Origin: Hypanus sabinus
Taxonomy: Eukaryota
Assembly: GCF_030144855.1 (NCBI RefSeq)
Contig: NC_082731.1
Location: 23,808,001-23,872,000 of the forward strand
Length of the DNA: 64,000 nt
Reading direction: 5' to 3'
The position numbers were made by a program, and so were the translations under genes. A model generated the notes under the pieces. That model worked only from the letters and a program-made list of their open reading frames with translations. It had not been told where the DNA came from and searched no databases. Shown one piece after another: positions 27,620-42,469 of the stretch. Position 1 is the stretch's first letter. Each line of letters starts with the position of its first letter.

Positions 27620-30600
27620 ACCATATTACAACTACAGCATGGAAACAGGGAAACACGGCACTTCTAATCGTGCTGAACGTCTACTGTCACCTAGCTCCAC
27701 CTAGCTGCATTTGGTCCATAACCCTCCATTCCATTCCTGCCCATTTACCTGTCCATTTTTTCAGTGACAAAATCGAAAATGCCTCTACCACTTCGACTGG
27801 AAGCTCGTTGCACACAGTTAGCAATCACTGGGGAAAGAAGACCCCCCTAATATTTTCTCCCTTAAATCTCAATTCATGTCGCCTTGTTTGAATCTCCCTT
27901 GCTCTCAATGGAAAAAAGCCTATCCATGTCAACTTTATCTATACCACTCATATTTTTTAATATCTCTATTAAGACACCCCGCAACATTCTATGCTCCAAA
28001 GATTAAATACATAACTTGTTCAACCTTTCGCTGTAACTTAGCTGCTGAAACCCAGGTAAGAGTCTAGCAAATCTTCTCTGCATTCCCTCCATTTTGGTGA
28101 TATCTTTCCTATAATTCGGTGACCAGAACTGTACAAAATACTCCAAATTTGGCCTCACCAATGCATAGTACAATTTTAACATTGCATCCCAACTCCTATA
28201 CTCTCCTGACGAAGGGTCAATGCCCGAACCGTGGACAGCGCTCCTCCCTATTAATGTTGCCTGGCTGCTGTGTTCTACCAGCATTTTGTGTGTGTTGTTT
28301 GAATTTCCAGCATCTGCAGATTTCCTCATATGTGCTCCTATACACAATGCTCTGATTCAGAAAGGCCAGCATACAAAACAGCTTTCTTCATCACCCTATC
28401 CAAATGAGATTCAACCTTCAGGGAACAATGCACCATTATTCCCAGATCACTCTGTTCTACTGCATTCTTCAATGTCTATCATTTACCGTGTATGCCCCAT
28501 TTGGATTCGGCTTATCAAAATGTAGCACCTCACACTTAACAGCATTAAACTTCATCTGCTTCAGCACACTCTTCAAATTGGCCTAAATATCTCTGCAAAC
28601 TTTGAAACCGTTCGTCATTAACCACAACGCCACCTAACCTATTATCACCTGCATACTTAATAATCCAAAGTACCACACCGTCATCCAGATCATTAATTAA
28701 TATGCCAAACAATATTGGACCTAGCACAGATGCCTGAGCAACACTAGTCTCCGGCCTCCAGCTTGACAAACACTTATCCACCGCTACATTTTGGCAACTT
28801 ACATCCAGCCACTGTTGAATCCATTTTACTACTTCAATATCAATACCTAACGATTGATCCTTCTTAACTAACCTTCCGTGCAGAAACTTGTCAAAGGCCT
28901 TACTGAAGTCCATATAGACAACATCCACTGCTTTACCCTCGTCAATTTCTTCAGAAATAACGTCTTCAAAAATTCAATACGATTTGTCAAACATGACCTT
29001 GAACGCACAAATTCACGTTGATTGTTCCTAATAAGATCCTGTCAATCCAGATAATACCATCACTAAGAACAGATTTCATTAATTTACCCTGCACTGACTC
29101 AAACCTACAGGCCGAAAAATGATAAGTTTACTTTCAGAACCCTTTTTGAACAATGGAACCACATGAGCAGTACGCCAAAACCTCGGCACCTGCCACGTTT
29201 TTAATGGTTTTTGAATTTTTTTCTGTCTCAGCCCCTGCTATTTCTACACTAAGTTCACTCAAGATCCGATGGAATTTCCTGTCAAGACCCGGAGACTTGT
29301 CCTCTTTTATATTCTTTAAAAGCGCCTGTACTTTCTCTTCTTTAGTCATCATAGTGTCCATAACTATGCTCCTTCTTTCCTTACCTTACACTGTTCAATA
29401 TCCTTCTCCTTTTTGAATACCGATGAAAATAAATTGTTCAAAATCTCCCCCATATCTTTTAGCTCCACAACTAGCTGCCCACTCTGATTCTGTAAGGGAC
29501 CAATTTTACCCTCACTATCTTTCCACTATTAATATAACTGTAGAATCCCTTTCGATTTATTTTCACTTTTATTGCCAAAGCGACCGAATATCTTCTTTCA
29601 GTTTTTTTTTCTAATTTACTTCTTAAGATGCTTTTTTACATTCTTTATATTCCTCGAGCAACTCATTTAGTCCATGCCTCCAATATTTATTGTAGATCAC
29701 CCTATTTTTCAGAAACATATTTCCAATATCCCTTGAAAACCATGGATCTCTCAAACTTTTAACCTTTCCTTTCAAGCTCATTGTAACTTAAAATTCTGTA
29801 TCCTCAAAATTTCACCATAAATGACCTCCATTTATAACCATATATATAACAATCACAGCACGGAAACTGGCCACCTTGGCCCTCCTAGTCCGTGCCGATA
29901 AAACATCCTTCCCATAAAACAGATAGTCCCAATCCACTCCTTCTAAACCTTTTCGCATCTTCTCAAGGTTAGCCTGTCACCAATTAAAAATCTCAAACCC
30001 GGGTCCAGTCCTATCCTTCTCCATAATTATATTGAAACTAATGGCATTGTGTTCACTGGATCCGAAGAGCTCCCCAATATATACATCCGTCACCTGCCCT
30101 GTCTCATTTCCTAACAGGAGATCCAACACTGCAATTCGAACTCTGTATTGCTGCAAAAAAAAGAAAAAAAAACTGTCCTGCACACATTTTACAAACTCCG
30201 AACCATCCAACCCTTTTACACAAAGGGTTTTCCAGTATTTTTGTAGAAAATTCCCACACTCCCAACATTCTGCTTACTACAAATATCTCTTATCGCCATA
30301 TAATTTTGCCCCTCCAATTCTCGTTCCCCATTAGGTGGTCTATATCCATCCAAAAAGCTCCCCCTAAAAGAGCCCTGTAATCTATCCTGCGAAAGCAACG
30401 CTGTAATATTTTCTCTGACAATCAACGCAACACCTCTCCCTCTTGCCTCTCCGATTCTATCACACCCCTACTGCAACAATATTTCACTAATAGCTATGAT
30501 ATCATATTTCCAGTTATCAACCCATACTATAACCTCATCCACCTTTCTTACAATGCTCCTAGCATTATAATAGATGCATTTAAGAAACTCTCCACCTCTT

Positions 30601-30985
30601 AGTCTCAGTTTATCCCTAACGGTACAAGTAACTTTATTATCTTTTTCATCCTTCTCCCCTACACCTTCGGCCTGAGTGCACCCCTAATCTGTCAACTGCC
30701 TACCCTTCCTCACACTCTGTCTACAAGCTTTCTTTATTTGTGAACTAACCTCATCACTCTTATCCTCTTCAATTTGATTCCCACCACCAACCATTCTATT
30801 TATAGTCTCCCCAGTAGCCTTTGCAAATTTCCTCTCCAAGATATGGACGTCGTAGAATTCAAGTGCAACCCATCCTTTTTGTACACGTCACCCCTGCCCC
30901 AAAATAGGTCCCAATTATCCAGAAACTTGAATCTCTGCCCCCTGCTACAATCCCTCAGCCATGTCGGTTTTATCAGATATTTAAT
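27620..30985 (-). mobile_element. CR1-type LINE, degenerate, with ORF1 part, endonuclease and RT
   Basis: FLDNWDLFWGRGDVYKKDGLHLNS (ORF1), DGSEFVKCVQDSF, EDKSPGLDR, DVVYMDFSKAFDKFLHGRL, KYAGDNRLGG, LVRPNLEYFVQFWSP. Confidence 0.9.
28204..28334. mobile_element. ~130-bp Penelope-type short element inserted in CR1, with 11-bp TSD and hammerhead-like core
   Basis: Flanked by ctcctatactc (28193-28203) and ctcctatacac (28335-28345); contains CTGACGA-agggtcaatgccc-GAAC; near-identical family member at 50123-50260. Confidence 0.75.
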
Positions 30986-31949
30986 TAAAGTCAAATGAGT
31001 GAATAATTGTCACAAGCAGCGTAGTTAAAAGCAGTTCTGATGTGATCTGTACTTTGACACAGTTATCTCGTGGAGCGCACTTTCCTTAGATAATTTATCT
31101 TCTACGTATAATTCTCTCTTTTTTGACAAGCACTGAGTGAGTTGCCACTTTGATTTGCCACTGTTTTGCAGGCGGCCCATTTAGTATTATAGAGACGATT
31201 AAAATATTTGCTTTTATTACCTGCATTTTGTGCAGGATAATTTCCTCAGCATGGTATTTTTTCAAATTACTGCACCATTGTTTTTAGGGGAAGATGTTGC
31301 GTTTATAATCTTTTCAAAGTGTTTCTGAATTACTACAAGCTCCAATTTTGATTTAGTGGTTGGGCAGAGGGTGATGTGAGGTACATGCCAAGCCCGCTTT
31401 ACTCGGTCGTTGAAGTCCTATGTCGAGTGCTACTCAGATGAAGCTTTTCAGTATCTCAGTTCAGACTATTCTGTGTAGTTCCCTTCAGCTCTTGTTCATG
31501 TTTCTCGGTAACTTCCAATGATACATCATTAGTTGTGTCTTAATTAGGGTTAGACTGCATCTCTGTGAACCCTGCAGTCGAGCTGGTTAATGGCTCTTAC
31601 TGGACGACCGAGTGATGAAAAAGGACCTCAACAGATTTATTCGTGCTAACAGATCTGGCTACATTTACTGCCAGTGTCTGCAGGCACAGGAAGCAGCTAT
31701 GGGAAGGTGGGGGGTGGGGGCGTGGGCACGTCTCCGTCTGCAGCTTGGAAAATCCAAAAGCGTAGGAATCTAATGTTCCAAGATCTCGGGAGGTGAGTGC
31801 CGATAGCTCCTTCTCTGGACTGTCTGAACGGCATTGCCAGATCTAGTGAGTACTTGTCACGCCCTGTTCTCAATTCTTTAAACTGACGTTGCCGAAGTAC
31901 GATCTAAGGTACCTTACATTATTTACATTATTGTTATTCCTTCCGGAAG

Positions 31950-33250
31950 TGCTACAACGAGGTAGGAGAGAGAGATCCGGTTTGCCCCTTTATTGCTGCA
32001 TTTATCGGAGCCCGAAATTCAACTTTTAACCAGACTAGCGTCGGGCAGCATCGGCTGAAAGACGTCGTCGCATCGGGAAGGAATCGTCAAGCGTGCAGGA
32101 CTTTTCAGTCAAATTTAAAACTTTGGCTCTAGAGAAAGCGTGAAATGGTGGAGCTTCGATTGCTATTTTCTGCTGAGAGTTCACAAATAATTTTGAAGAT
32201 GAACTGTGAGTTCGGGGACGTATGAAGGAATTTAATGTGGGAATCGATTATGCCAATTGTCTGGACATCCGTCTGTCAGTACGTTGGCGATAGAATCTTC
32301 AATAGCTTACAACGTTTTCTACTACCTATCGTCGTCCACCAACAGCCTGGCATTTTTGTTTCATCCAGATCTTTCGCAGACCAACTCGCTGGATGTTGTG
32401 GAACCCACGCAGCTGGGAAGAAGACAGCTCTCAGCTCCTGAACGTGAAAGCTGATTTAATGAGACACGTTTTTGCGTACTGTAAGTCTTTGGCCATTATC
32501 TTGCCATCGGCAACAAGAGGATGGAGAACTCTACGGGCCGTCTTTGCCGGTTTCGGTGTTTTTTCGCATTAGTAATTCCTCGAGATCACCTTTACACGCC
32601 TGCTGGATATTGACTGAAGAAAAAAATCCCATTCGGTTATTTTTTTTTACTCGGGGGAAATAGTTATATTGTAGATTTAGACACGGCACGACAAATAGTG
32701 GTTCCTATCTCGTAGCTTGATCATTCTTTCCCACCAATACTCTATTTGATATACTTCTAGAGCCATTTAGTTAAATTTGGAGACCGTTAGTTTTTCGGAT
32801 ATATATTCCCAATTAAACATTAATAATCCATTTGATTCATTTCACGGAGTTCCTTTTTGTTTTTTGGTTATCCAGGGCTGCCTCAGCATATCCAGACGAG
32901 AGACTGTGCCAGGGCAGTTACTGCTGGTGCTGCTCTGTTTGCCCGAATAATTATGTTCCAACTTTATCCTGTATCATCTGTATGTCCCCAGCGCCGGCGG
33001 TCATAACAAAATCATTGGAATCTGTGTCTGATGTTCCTGTGTTAGAATTTATTAATGAGCTTAAGCGAATCCCTCATCAATACTCAGATATCTTAATAGT
33101 TTAAGCAAGAAATTCGCTGCTTCGCTATCTCCCCGTGGTATTACTGTATTATGAAGTTATTTCCGTATTCCCGCACTTCCCGACGTTTCAGTTATTTCTA
33201 CCTGGTCCTGAGAGATAGGCTGTAGATGATTAACTCAAAAAGGAATGCGC
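31950..33250 (+). mobile_element. Possible L1/Tx1 ORF1 and endonuclease remnant
   Basis: FLFHPDLSQ resembles the L1 ORF1 I.PDLS motif; otherwise heavily decayed. Confidence 0.3.
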
Positions 33251-33779
33251 AACGTAATTTACAGGTTCTTGGACGATACCTGTATGAAGCCAATTTGTCT
33301 TTTTCCTAAAGAATGGTAGCAGTATGATATTCCATGTAACTTACCGGGGTCTGAACAAGTCTTCAATATGAAATCTGTTCCCACAGCCTCTGATTTGTTG
33401 CTGGAGGGAGATGGTTCACAAATTTGGATGTCTGAAATATCATGCCGCCACACAGGACGGAATGGAATCACGTGTAGAGAAACGGCTGGATCCCCAGGAA
33501 AAGAATGAAACTCATTCTTAGAGGGCACGATGCAGCAACTGAACGATACCACGAGGCAATTCATTACCTCTCACCATGCACTGTGACACTAAACGGAAAA
33601 CTGCTTTAAAGAAGCAAGCAAAGACAACAGCACAACGAGAAGAGAATTTGATTATTTAATATAGGTGCTAAAAACCCTTCGAAGTTCAACGCTCTATAGT
33701 ACGCCACAGAGTATATGATAGCATTCATACATTCCACAGTGAATTCTAAGGGCAGCAACTGAGGGTCCAGCCTGTTATT

Positions 33780-35050
33780 GCGACAAATCTGTAAAACATA
33801 AGACAGAAATCTTCGGACAGAGCTGGAAAATCCTGAACAGATTGATGAAGGTAGAGCGGTAGATGAAGTGCTTATGGATTTCTGCAAGGAATTTCGTAAG
33901 GAACTCAAACAAGTCTTATTGAAAAAAATAAGGCGGCATGGAATCCAAGGGAAACTTGCTTTGTGGATCCAAGAATCTGCTTGCCACAGAATGGAAAAAA
34001 AAAGTGGGCGCTGACGGGTCCTACTCTGCATGGAGTTTGGTGACTTCTAGCGTGACCGAGGGATTTGTTCTGGAACCCCTTACTCTCTTGATTTGTATAA
34101 GAACCCTCAATGAGGAAGTGCAGAGAAAGGTTAGTAACTTCTCTGCTGACACAAAATTTGGGTTTTTTTTTGGGTTGTGTGGAGGGCTATCAGAAGTTAA
34201 AACAGGGCATAGATGGGATGCAAAACTGAGTAGAGAATTGGCAGATATCGTTCTACTCAGATAAGTGTGAGGTAGTTCATTTTGGTAGATCAAATATGAT
34301 GGCAGAATAAAATATCAATGGCAAGGCTAATGCTATCTATGGAGGATGAAATAATTCTTGGAGTAAGAGTCCCTAGAACACTCAAATTGCTTCTATTGAC
34401 TCTGTGGTTCAGAAGGCATACGGTGCTTTGGAGTTCATCAACCGTAGGATTGTGGTTATGAGCCGAGAGGTAATTTTGCAGTTAGATAGGATCTTGGTCA
34501 GACTGCACTTGGAGTACTGTGATCAGTTCTGTTCATTTCACTACAGGAAAGATGTGGAAACAACAGAAACGGTACAGATGAAATTTATAAGGATGTTACT
34601 TAGATTGCGGAGCATGGCTTATGAGAACAGGTTGAGTGAATTAGGCCTTGTTTGCCTGGAGAGACGGAGGATGAGAGGTGACCTGATAGGTGTGTAGAAG
34701 ATGATGAGAGGCATTGATCATGTGGATAGTTAGAGACTTTTTTCCCAGGGCAGAAATACCTAACGCGAGAGGGGACAGTTTTAAGGTTCTTGAAAGTAAG
34801 TATAGAGGAAATTTTACGGGTATTTTTTTTTTTAATTTACTGGACAGAGCGTTGAATGCGTGGAATCGGCTGCCGGTGGTGGTGAGGGAGGTGGATACAA
34901 TAGGGTCTTTTAAGAGACTCCTGGATAGTTACCTGCGACTTAGAAAAATAGATGGCTAATTGTAGCATTAGGTAATTTCTAAAGTAAGTTCATGATCGGC
35001 ACAGCATTGTGAGACGAATGGCCTTTATTGTGCTGTAGGTTTTCTATCCT
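33780..35050 (+). mobile_element. CR1 LINE RT C-terminal half and 3' UTR
   Basis: RHGIQG, NFSADTKFG, LVRLHLEYCDQF, LERRRMRGDLIGV, AWNRLP; ends in ttcta-like repeats. Confidence 0.88.
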
Positions 35051-35059
35051 ATATTTCTA

Positions 35060-37400
35060 GATCTGTAGAACTCGAGGTAGGCCTCAAACACAACCAAAAA
35101 AAAAGAAAAAAAAATCGAGACTCTTAAGGATGGCCAGAAAGGCTTAAGGCATATATGAATCTGGATCAGCATCAGATAATCGGGGACGGGTGTGATGAAG
35201 CCGAAGAACTTCAGGAAAGCACCGAACAAGTCTCTTAGTACAGGGCTACAAATGTCGGTACAGATCTGAAGTTCCAGAGTTATGTCTTTAAAGCAAAAGG
35301 CAGATCTGGACATTGAAACATAGCGTGCAACTCGAAAACATGACATATTACTCAAAAACAGAGCATATAAAACAGAATTATAGCATATACCTCGGGTACA
35401 TAGCACAGAGCTTGGATGTTGCATATAACTTGAAATCAAAGCCTGTAACTTGGACACTCTGCACTTGATTAGGAACCGTAATATTTGACTGAAACCGATC
35501 ATATTAAAAGTGCAAAAAATAATCTAACATAGGAGACCATACGAACTTCTTTGACCTAGATAATCGCGAAATTGATCCTTCACAAAGAATTGAAAAATAA
35601 AAAAAAGCCCATAATCACCCCGGGACCGTATGATGCAGTGGGTTAATTCTGTCATTGTACCGCTCAAAAAAGCCTGGGCACGTGTGCTGAGGAACGGTTG
35701 AATCACCAGGAAGAAAACTAACAACAGGTTAACCATCGGAATCAGAGCCAGTGAGGAGCGATTCAGCAATACCATGAGTCGACTCATCCTCCCCGACACG
35801 AAGATCCTACAAACACTGATCCTATTAAGTCATTTAATATGAGACGTCTTTCAATTGGCATAGAACCGCGATAACCCATTCCAGCTACAATGTCCTTAAC
35901 AAGATAACACCGAAAACATAGGGGTTTTAACATTTCCGGTTAAGATGCTGAATATTATACGCATGTACTCAAAAACTTAGAAGTTCAACGCTCTATGGTA
36001 AGCAAGATGACAAAATTGCATCAGACAATATTTGGATTCATTTGGTTGTAGAACGGAAGTCGGCATTCCATACTTCCATTGGGCATGAGGTATAAGGCGT
36101 TATCCTTTTTGGGATTGTTAATGATACCGTGCTTAATGGATAACCAAGTATTCGCCTATCCAGTGAAGTATAAATCTCAAGGTCCGAATCTCTCCTTTTA
36201 GGATTTGGTATTTCTAAGCGAAATCTGTTCATGGATGCGGATAAATATCCTGCCCTGTCCAAACACTGTTAAGCTGTTCGGAAAATCCTGGGGTTTGCGA
36301 ACATTTGTTCAGGAGTTTAATTAGGAATTTTAGCTCTGTTGCTGTTGTCCAGATTAATTTTACAAGAAAAGGATGAGTACTTTCGGTTGTACAGCAGAAG
36401 CGGTGTCCGGTTGTAACAACATGAAGAATCGTTTTGTCAACGATGACACATTGTGCCCACACAATCCTGATCTATCATTTGTTGTTTGCTTTAGACACTC
36501 AAACATGGGAATAGGGGCAGTTCTTTCCCATCCTTTCACCATCTATAAAAAGTTGCATCCTGGCATTTATTTTCGAAACCACTCTCACCATATGATTCCA
36601 ATAATGTTCAGTGTAGACGGGAACTGCAGGTTGTTAGATTCACATCAGTATAGTGTTGTCTGCTTGGGTTGCTTAGACTTCCTGTTGAATTTGACTCTGA
36701 AAGGGGACTATAATTTACGTCCATATTTTGGCAAGAGCTTTGTAAAATTGTTAGAATTTCCTTTAGCTTTTCTGAAGTAAGATTTAGAGCATAAACTTCG
36801 CTGGCAAGTTAACACTCACCATTTCTCTTGCAGTGAACACTTAGTATTGCACCCTTCACCATACTTGGATGCACATGTCTCCTTTCACATGACAATTTTT
36901 GAGTGTAATCCTATTTTTCCTCAGCTGGAATTGAAAGGCAGTGTTACGTCTGTAATACAGTTTACCGAACGGTGTACGCAGGGATAGCTGAAAGGCAGAA
37001 GGACATTTGGACTTCTTCGCTGAGGCAGCAGTTCCATCTCAACAGGAGAAGACCTTTGGTTACTTATTTCCGTACGTGTCTGCGGCTTCGCTTTCTGACT
37101 AATACCTTCTGTTTAAAACTGAATCCCTCGTTTCATTAGGCCCTGTAGGATTCTTCAGAGGATTAATTTTATCAATCATTGATTGCAGCTTCCTAAGTCT
37201 CACTGATTCCATTCAGGCCTGTAATAGTTTAGCCATTCCTCCTGAGCCTACGCTAAAGAATCTTCCTCTCCGTAGAATTAAAGATGCAATACCGGCTTCA
37301 ATTGTCTGTAGATTGATTGAGTCCCGGCAGGTGACGGGGCAGATCCAGTATTCAGACGGTTGGTAGAGCTATGTTCCGGATGAAAGGAGGTTTGTTCCGG
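35060..37400 (-). mobile_element. Decayed L1/Tx1-type ORF2 (RT region)
   Basis: SLTIPKR (ISLIPK motif), GQDIYP (PGPDGFP-like), QAFLSG (EKAFDRV-like) occur in the expected order. Confidence 0.45.
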
Positions 37401-37974
37401 GCCTGAATATATGCGATCCCGATCTGATTACGGAAATTCCCCGTTTTCAAACAATGGGCCTAATCTGCACCCTAGCGGCTTTAGATTTGGTGATGGAGAG
37501 GCCGCGTCTCCCTCATAATCGCAATTATTTGCCTTTGAGCTATCTTTGTCTCCTTTCTCTGTTTTGTAGGAGACTCGTTTGGTACTGTGTGGGTTTTAGG
37601 CTTTTTGATTTTGATACCAATATTCGGTTATGTATAACTGTAATTATCATGTTTTTTTGTGCGTATTCTATAGAAGTTGTTTGCTTTAGGGGATTTTTGC
37701 TTCATCTAGACACATATATAATCTGATTGCTCCAGAAATCGAACGTGCCTCAGCTTGTATAGCTTGGGAGGCAAGTCCCACGGGTCGGTTGTTGACGATC
37801 ATCGAGATTATGTACAGTTCACCTTAGCTCTTGTTAGTTTTTCTCGTTACCTTTATGTATTAATTTTTTTAATTCTGTCTGAACTGCAAACGCCGCTTTC
37901 TTCCTTGCTTCTGGGATCGCTGCTGGCGCATATAATAATCATTTGCAACAAGTACAGAAATTTTGAACATTGAA

Positions 37975-38745
37975 TAGAACAGCATGTTATAGGGCCTTCG
38001 GCCCACAATGTTGTGCCGACCCTCCAGTCATGCCTCCCATATAACTCCTCACCATAAGTTCCTCCATATACCTGTCTAGTAGTCTCTTAAACTTCATTAG
38101 TTTATCTGCCTGCACCACAGACTCGGGCAGTTCATTCCATGAACCAAACACTCTCTGAATAAAATAACTCCCTCTAATATCCCCCTTGAACTTCTCTCTC
38201 ATTATCTTAAAGCTCTGACCTCCTGTACTGAGCAGCGGTGCTCTGGGGAAAAGGCGCTGGCTATACAAACTGTCTATTTTTCTTAATATCTTGAAACCTG
38301 GAAATATTCTCTCATCCTCCTTCTCTCCAAAGAGGAAAACCCTAACTCCCTTAATCTCTGATCATAATGCATACTCTCGAAACCAGGCAGTATCCTGGTA
38401 AATCTCTTCTGTACCCTTTCCAATGCTTCCACATATTTCCTATGGTGAGGCGACAAGAACTGGACACAGTACTCCAAGTGTGGCCTAAACAGAGTCTTAT
38501 AGAGCTGCATCATTACATCGCTACTCCTAAACACTATCCCTCGTCTTATGAAAGCTAACACGCCATTAGCTTTCTTAACTACCCTATCAACCTATGAGGC
38601 AACTTTCAGGGATCTGTGTACAAGTAACCCCAGATCCCACTGCTCCTCCACATTACCATGTATCCTACCATTTATTTTGTACTCTGCCTTGGAGTTTGTC
38701 CTTCCAAAATTTACAACCTCGCACATCTCCGGGTTGAACTCCGGG
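37975..38745 (-). mobile_element. CR1 LINE 3' end
   Basis: LYKTLFRPHLEYCVQFLSPHHRKYVEALERVQKRFTRILPG, LERRRMRE, FIQRVFGSWNELPE and CR1-type 3' UTR. Confidence 0.9.
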
Positions 38746-39079
38746 TTGAAAACGGAAATTACTCAAGTTAGCTCATAGCGACGCTGTTCATTCCCGTTAG
38801 AGAGCATTACTTGGAAGCTTGAAAGAACGTTTGTCGAATCCGGAATCGACCAGTGGCTATAGCGAAGGTAGCGCCGAATCTCAAGCACAATCTGCACAAT
38901 ATTTGCCTCATACAGAACATTAATGCCCCCACAGAGTTTGTTGAAACAGCTATGAAAATCTTTCCCGCGACAACTTTAATCATTTTGAAAGCCAATTCCC
39001 TTTCAGATAAGCAGAATGTTCAATGGTACAAATGCGGGCACGACACCACAGAATATTCTCAATATTCCTGGATTTCAGT

Positions 39080-41740
39080 GATTTAAAAGGGATAGAGAGT
39101 GGGAAAAAGGCAAGGAGGAGCGACTTTACTGATCAGGGATACCATTACAGCTACAGAAAATGTCGGTAACGCAGCAGGATCCTCTTTTAAGTCAGTATGT
39201 GTGGACGTCAGGAACAGGAAGGGAGCTGTTTCTCTATTGTGAGTATTCTATCGGCCCCCTGGTAGCTGTAGAGTTACGGAGGAGCAGATTGGGAGGCAGA
39301 TTTTGGAAAGGTGCAAATATAACAGTGACGTTATTATGATTGGTTGCAACTTCCTTAATATTGATTGGCACCTGATGATTTCCAATGGTTTAGACAGGGC
39401 AGGGTTTGCTAAGTGTGTACAGGGCGGATTCCTGTCACCATCTGGTATAGATATGGTCGACTAGGTGGAATAGCACACCAGATCCAGTATTGGGTGACGA
39501 ATCAGATCACATCACAGATCATCTGGGGGTCAATGACCACCGCTCACTGGCCTATAGCTTTATCATGGAAATGGTTAGAATCAGAGAGGGCAGAATATAT
39601 TTTAATGGGGGAAGGGCAACCTATGTTGCTATAATTCTAGAATTTGCGGGTGTGAAATGGGATGACGTTTTTGCAGGGAAATATACCATGGACATGCCTT
39701 GTATGTTTAGGGATCTCCTGCAGGAAGTTAGGGATACATTTGTGCCAGTGAGGAAGATAAAGAATGGTAGGGTAAAGGAACCATGGGTGGCAAATGAGGT
39801 GGAAAATATTGTTCGATGGAAGAAGGCAGTATAAATGAGGGTAAGAAAGCAGGAATCAGATGGATCTATTGATGAATGTAGGGCAGCAAGAAAGTAGCTT
39901 AAGAAGGGGCAGAGGAGAGCAAGAAGGGGGCATGAGATGTCCTTGGCGAGTAGGGTAAAGGAAAACCGGAAGACATTCTTCAGTTATATGAGGAACAAAA
40001 TGACGAGAGGAGTGCAGATAGCACCGATTAGTGATAAAAGTGGGAAGACATGCCTGGAGTCTGCGGAAGAGAGCGATGACTCAATGAATACTTCTCTTCA
40101 ATATTCACCAATGAGAACGAACTTAATGACTCTGAGGATAACGTGAGTGAGGTTTTGATATTCTGGAGCACGTTGATATTAAGGGGGAGGAGGTGTTGAA
40201 GTTGTTAAAATACATCAGGACTTTTAATTTCCCGAGCCCTCCGCAGTGAAAATTCCCAGGCTGCGCCAAGAGGCGAGGGAACAGATTGCTGAGTCTCTGG
40301 CTAGGAGTTTACATACTCGATGAACACTGGAATAGTACCGGAGGAATAGAGGGAGGTGAATGCTGTCACCTTGTTCATAAAACGTTAATAGGGATAATCC
40401 GAGTGATTATAGACCAGTGAGCCTAACGTCTGTGGTGGGATAGCTGTTGTAAATGATTCTTAGAAATAGGATCTATGGGCATTTAGAGAATCATGGTCTG
40501 ATCAGGGACTGTCAAAATGGCTATGTGAAAGTCAGGTCGTGTCTTTGAAGCCTGACAGAGTTCTTTGAGGAGCTGACCACACATACAGATGAGGGTGGTG
40601 TAGTTGATGGCATCTCCGTTGATTTTCGTAAGACATTTGAGAAGGTCCCATACGGTAGGACTATTCAGAAATTCAGAAGGCATGGGCAATAAGAAAGTTT
40701 GGCCAGGTAGATTAAGAATTGGCTTGCCTGTAGAAAGCTTTAGTTGGAGGCAGTAAATTCGAAGTCGAGGGTTGTGGCTATTGATGTTCCACAAGGATCG
40801 GATCTCTACGTTTAGTGATTTTTATTAACGACCTGCATTTGGGTGTAGAATGATGGGGTGGCAAGTTTGCAGATGACACAAATTTTGATGGCGTTGTTTC
40901 ATATTGTAGACGGTTGTCAAAGATTGTAGAGAGAAATTGATAGGATGCAGAATTGGGCTGAGAAGTGGTAGATGGATTTCAACCCGGAGAACTGTGAGGT
41001 AGTACACTTTGGAAGGACAAACTCCAAGGCAGAGTACGAAGTAAATGTTAGGATATTTGGCAGTATGGAGGTGCAGAGCAGATCTGGGGAGGGCGGGGGT
41101 TGGTTGTACATGTCCACAGATCACTGGACGTTATCTCCCAGGTAGATAGGGTAGTTACGAAAGCTTATACGGTGTTGGCATTCATAAGTCGAAGGTTGGA
41201 GTTTAAGAGTCGCGAAGTAATGCAGCTCTATAAAAGCCTCATTATAGGAAGGGTATGGAAGCATTGTAAAGGGTACAGCAGTGTTTTACCAGGATGCTGC
41301 CTGGTTTAGAGAGAATGCATTATCAGAGCTTAAATTAGCTGTAGCGTTACTCTTTGCAGAAAAGGACAAGGAGCAGCGACATGATAGGGCTATACCATAT
41401 ATTAAGAGGGATAGATGTAGTTGGCATCCAGCCACTCTTCCCCAGGGCACCACTGATAAATCCAGGAAGACATAGCTTTAAGGAAATGTTGGGAATTTCA
41501 AAGGGGATATTATTGGATTTTTTAAAATTATTCAGAGAGCGGCTGGTGCGTGAAATGCACTGCCTGATTCAATGTCAGAGCAGATAATACAGTGATAATA
41601 CAATAAATTTAAGGAAGTACTACGCACGAATATGGAGGAATTTAAGTTGAGGTGTGTTTTCTATGAGGTATCATTTCAGGATTGGCACAACATAGTGAGC
41701 CGAATGGTCTGTACTGGGTTGCAGTATTCTATGTTCTACG
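39080..41740 (+). mobile_element. CR1 LINE (endonuclease to 3' end), degenerate
   Basis: YRPPGS, GCNFLNIDW, LASRVKENRKTFFSY, YRPVSLTS, KFADDT, MQLYKSL; terminal ttctatgttcta repeat. Confidence 0.88.
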
Positions 41741-42469
41741 TCCGAGCAAAATTTATCCATTCCTAACAGAAACTAACTGAACGTCTAATCTCTGCAACAT
41801 TCACGACTATAATATGTTCACAATAAAGAGCTGAAATCTCAAGCCGATTTCAATATCCCTTTATTAAAGTGTGCATATCTTTACTCTGCATCGGTATGGG
41901 AATATGATGCAAAGACTACGAGACTTCTACGTACATCGTTTGTATCAATTGTAATACCATAATGCGAGTGGTTACAAGCAATGCAAGATCCATTGGCCTA
42001 TGTGATTCATAATGAGTACAAACAGTGCCGGCCGGCACCACTTTCCATACGATTTGAAAAGCCACCTCGCATTGCTTTGCCCATCGTCATTTCATTGTAA
42101 TCAGTTCATGGCTTAGAACACAGTCGACAGGTTTGGCAAATATATCTTATAATATTTCACATACCTTAAAAAACGGACCGCAAGACTTATACGTCGTTTC
42201 CCCTGATTGCAGCCAGCGCGACTTGATATTTTTTTCAACACAATTTTGTAAACTTTTTCTTCAGTGGTGTGATCACAGGACGTGGTGAGTGTTCAAAGAA
42301 CACATTTGTTGCGTCGTTTTCTGACCGCATAATCCTCTTATATATTTACACTCACTTTAGATTTTGGAGGTGTTCAACTTCGTCATTACTACTTTAAAAA
42401 TATATGTGTCCACGTAGCATAGGAGGGCTACGTTGAAGCACATGGGCCCGACCTTTCTGACACAGTACA

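Noticed and set aside
32870-33440. CACAGTC heptamer near 32915 and a GGCTGTG...G|GTAAG J-like exon near 33345-33395
   Set aside because: No nonamer at a 12 or 23 spacing and no GXG motif; lies in a probable L1 remnant.
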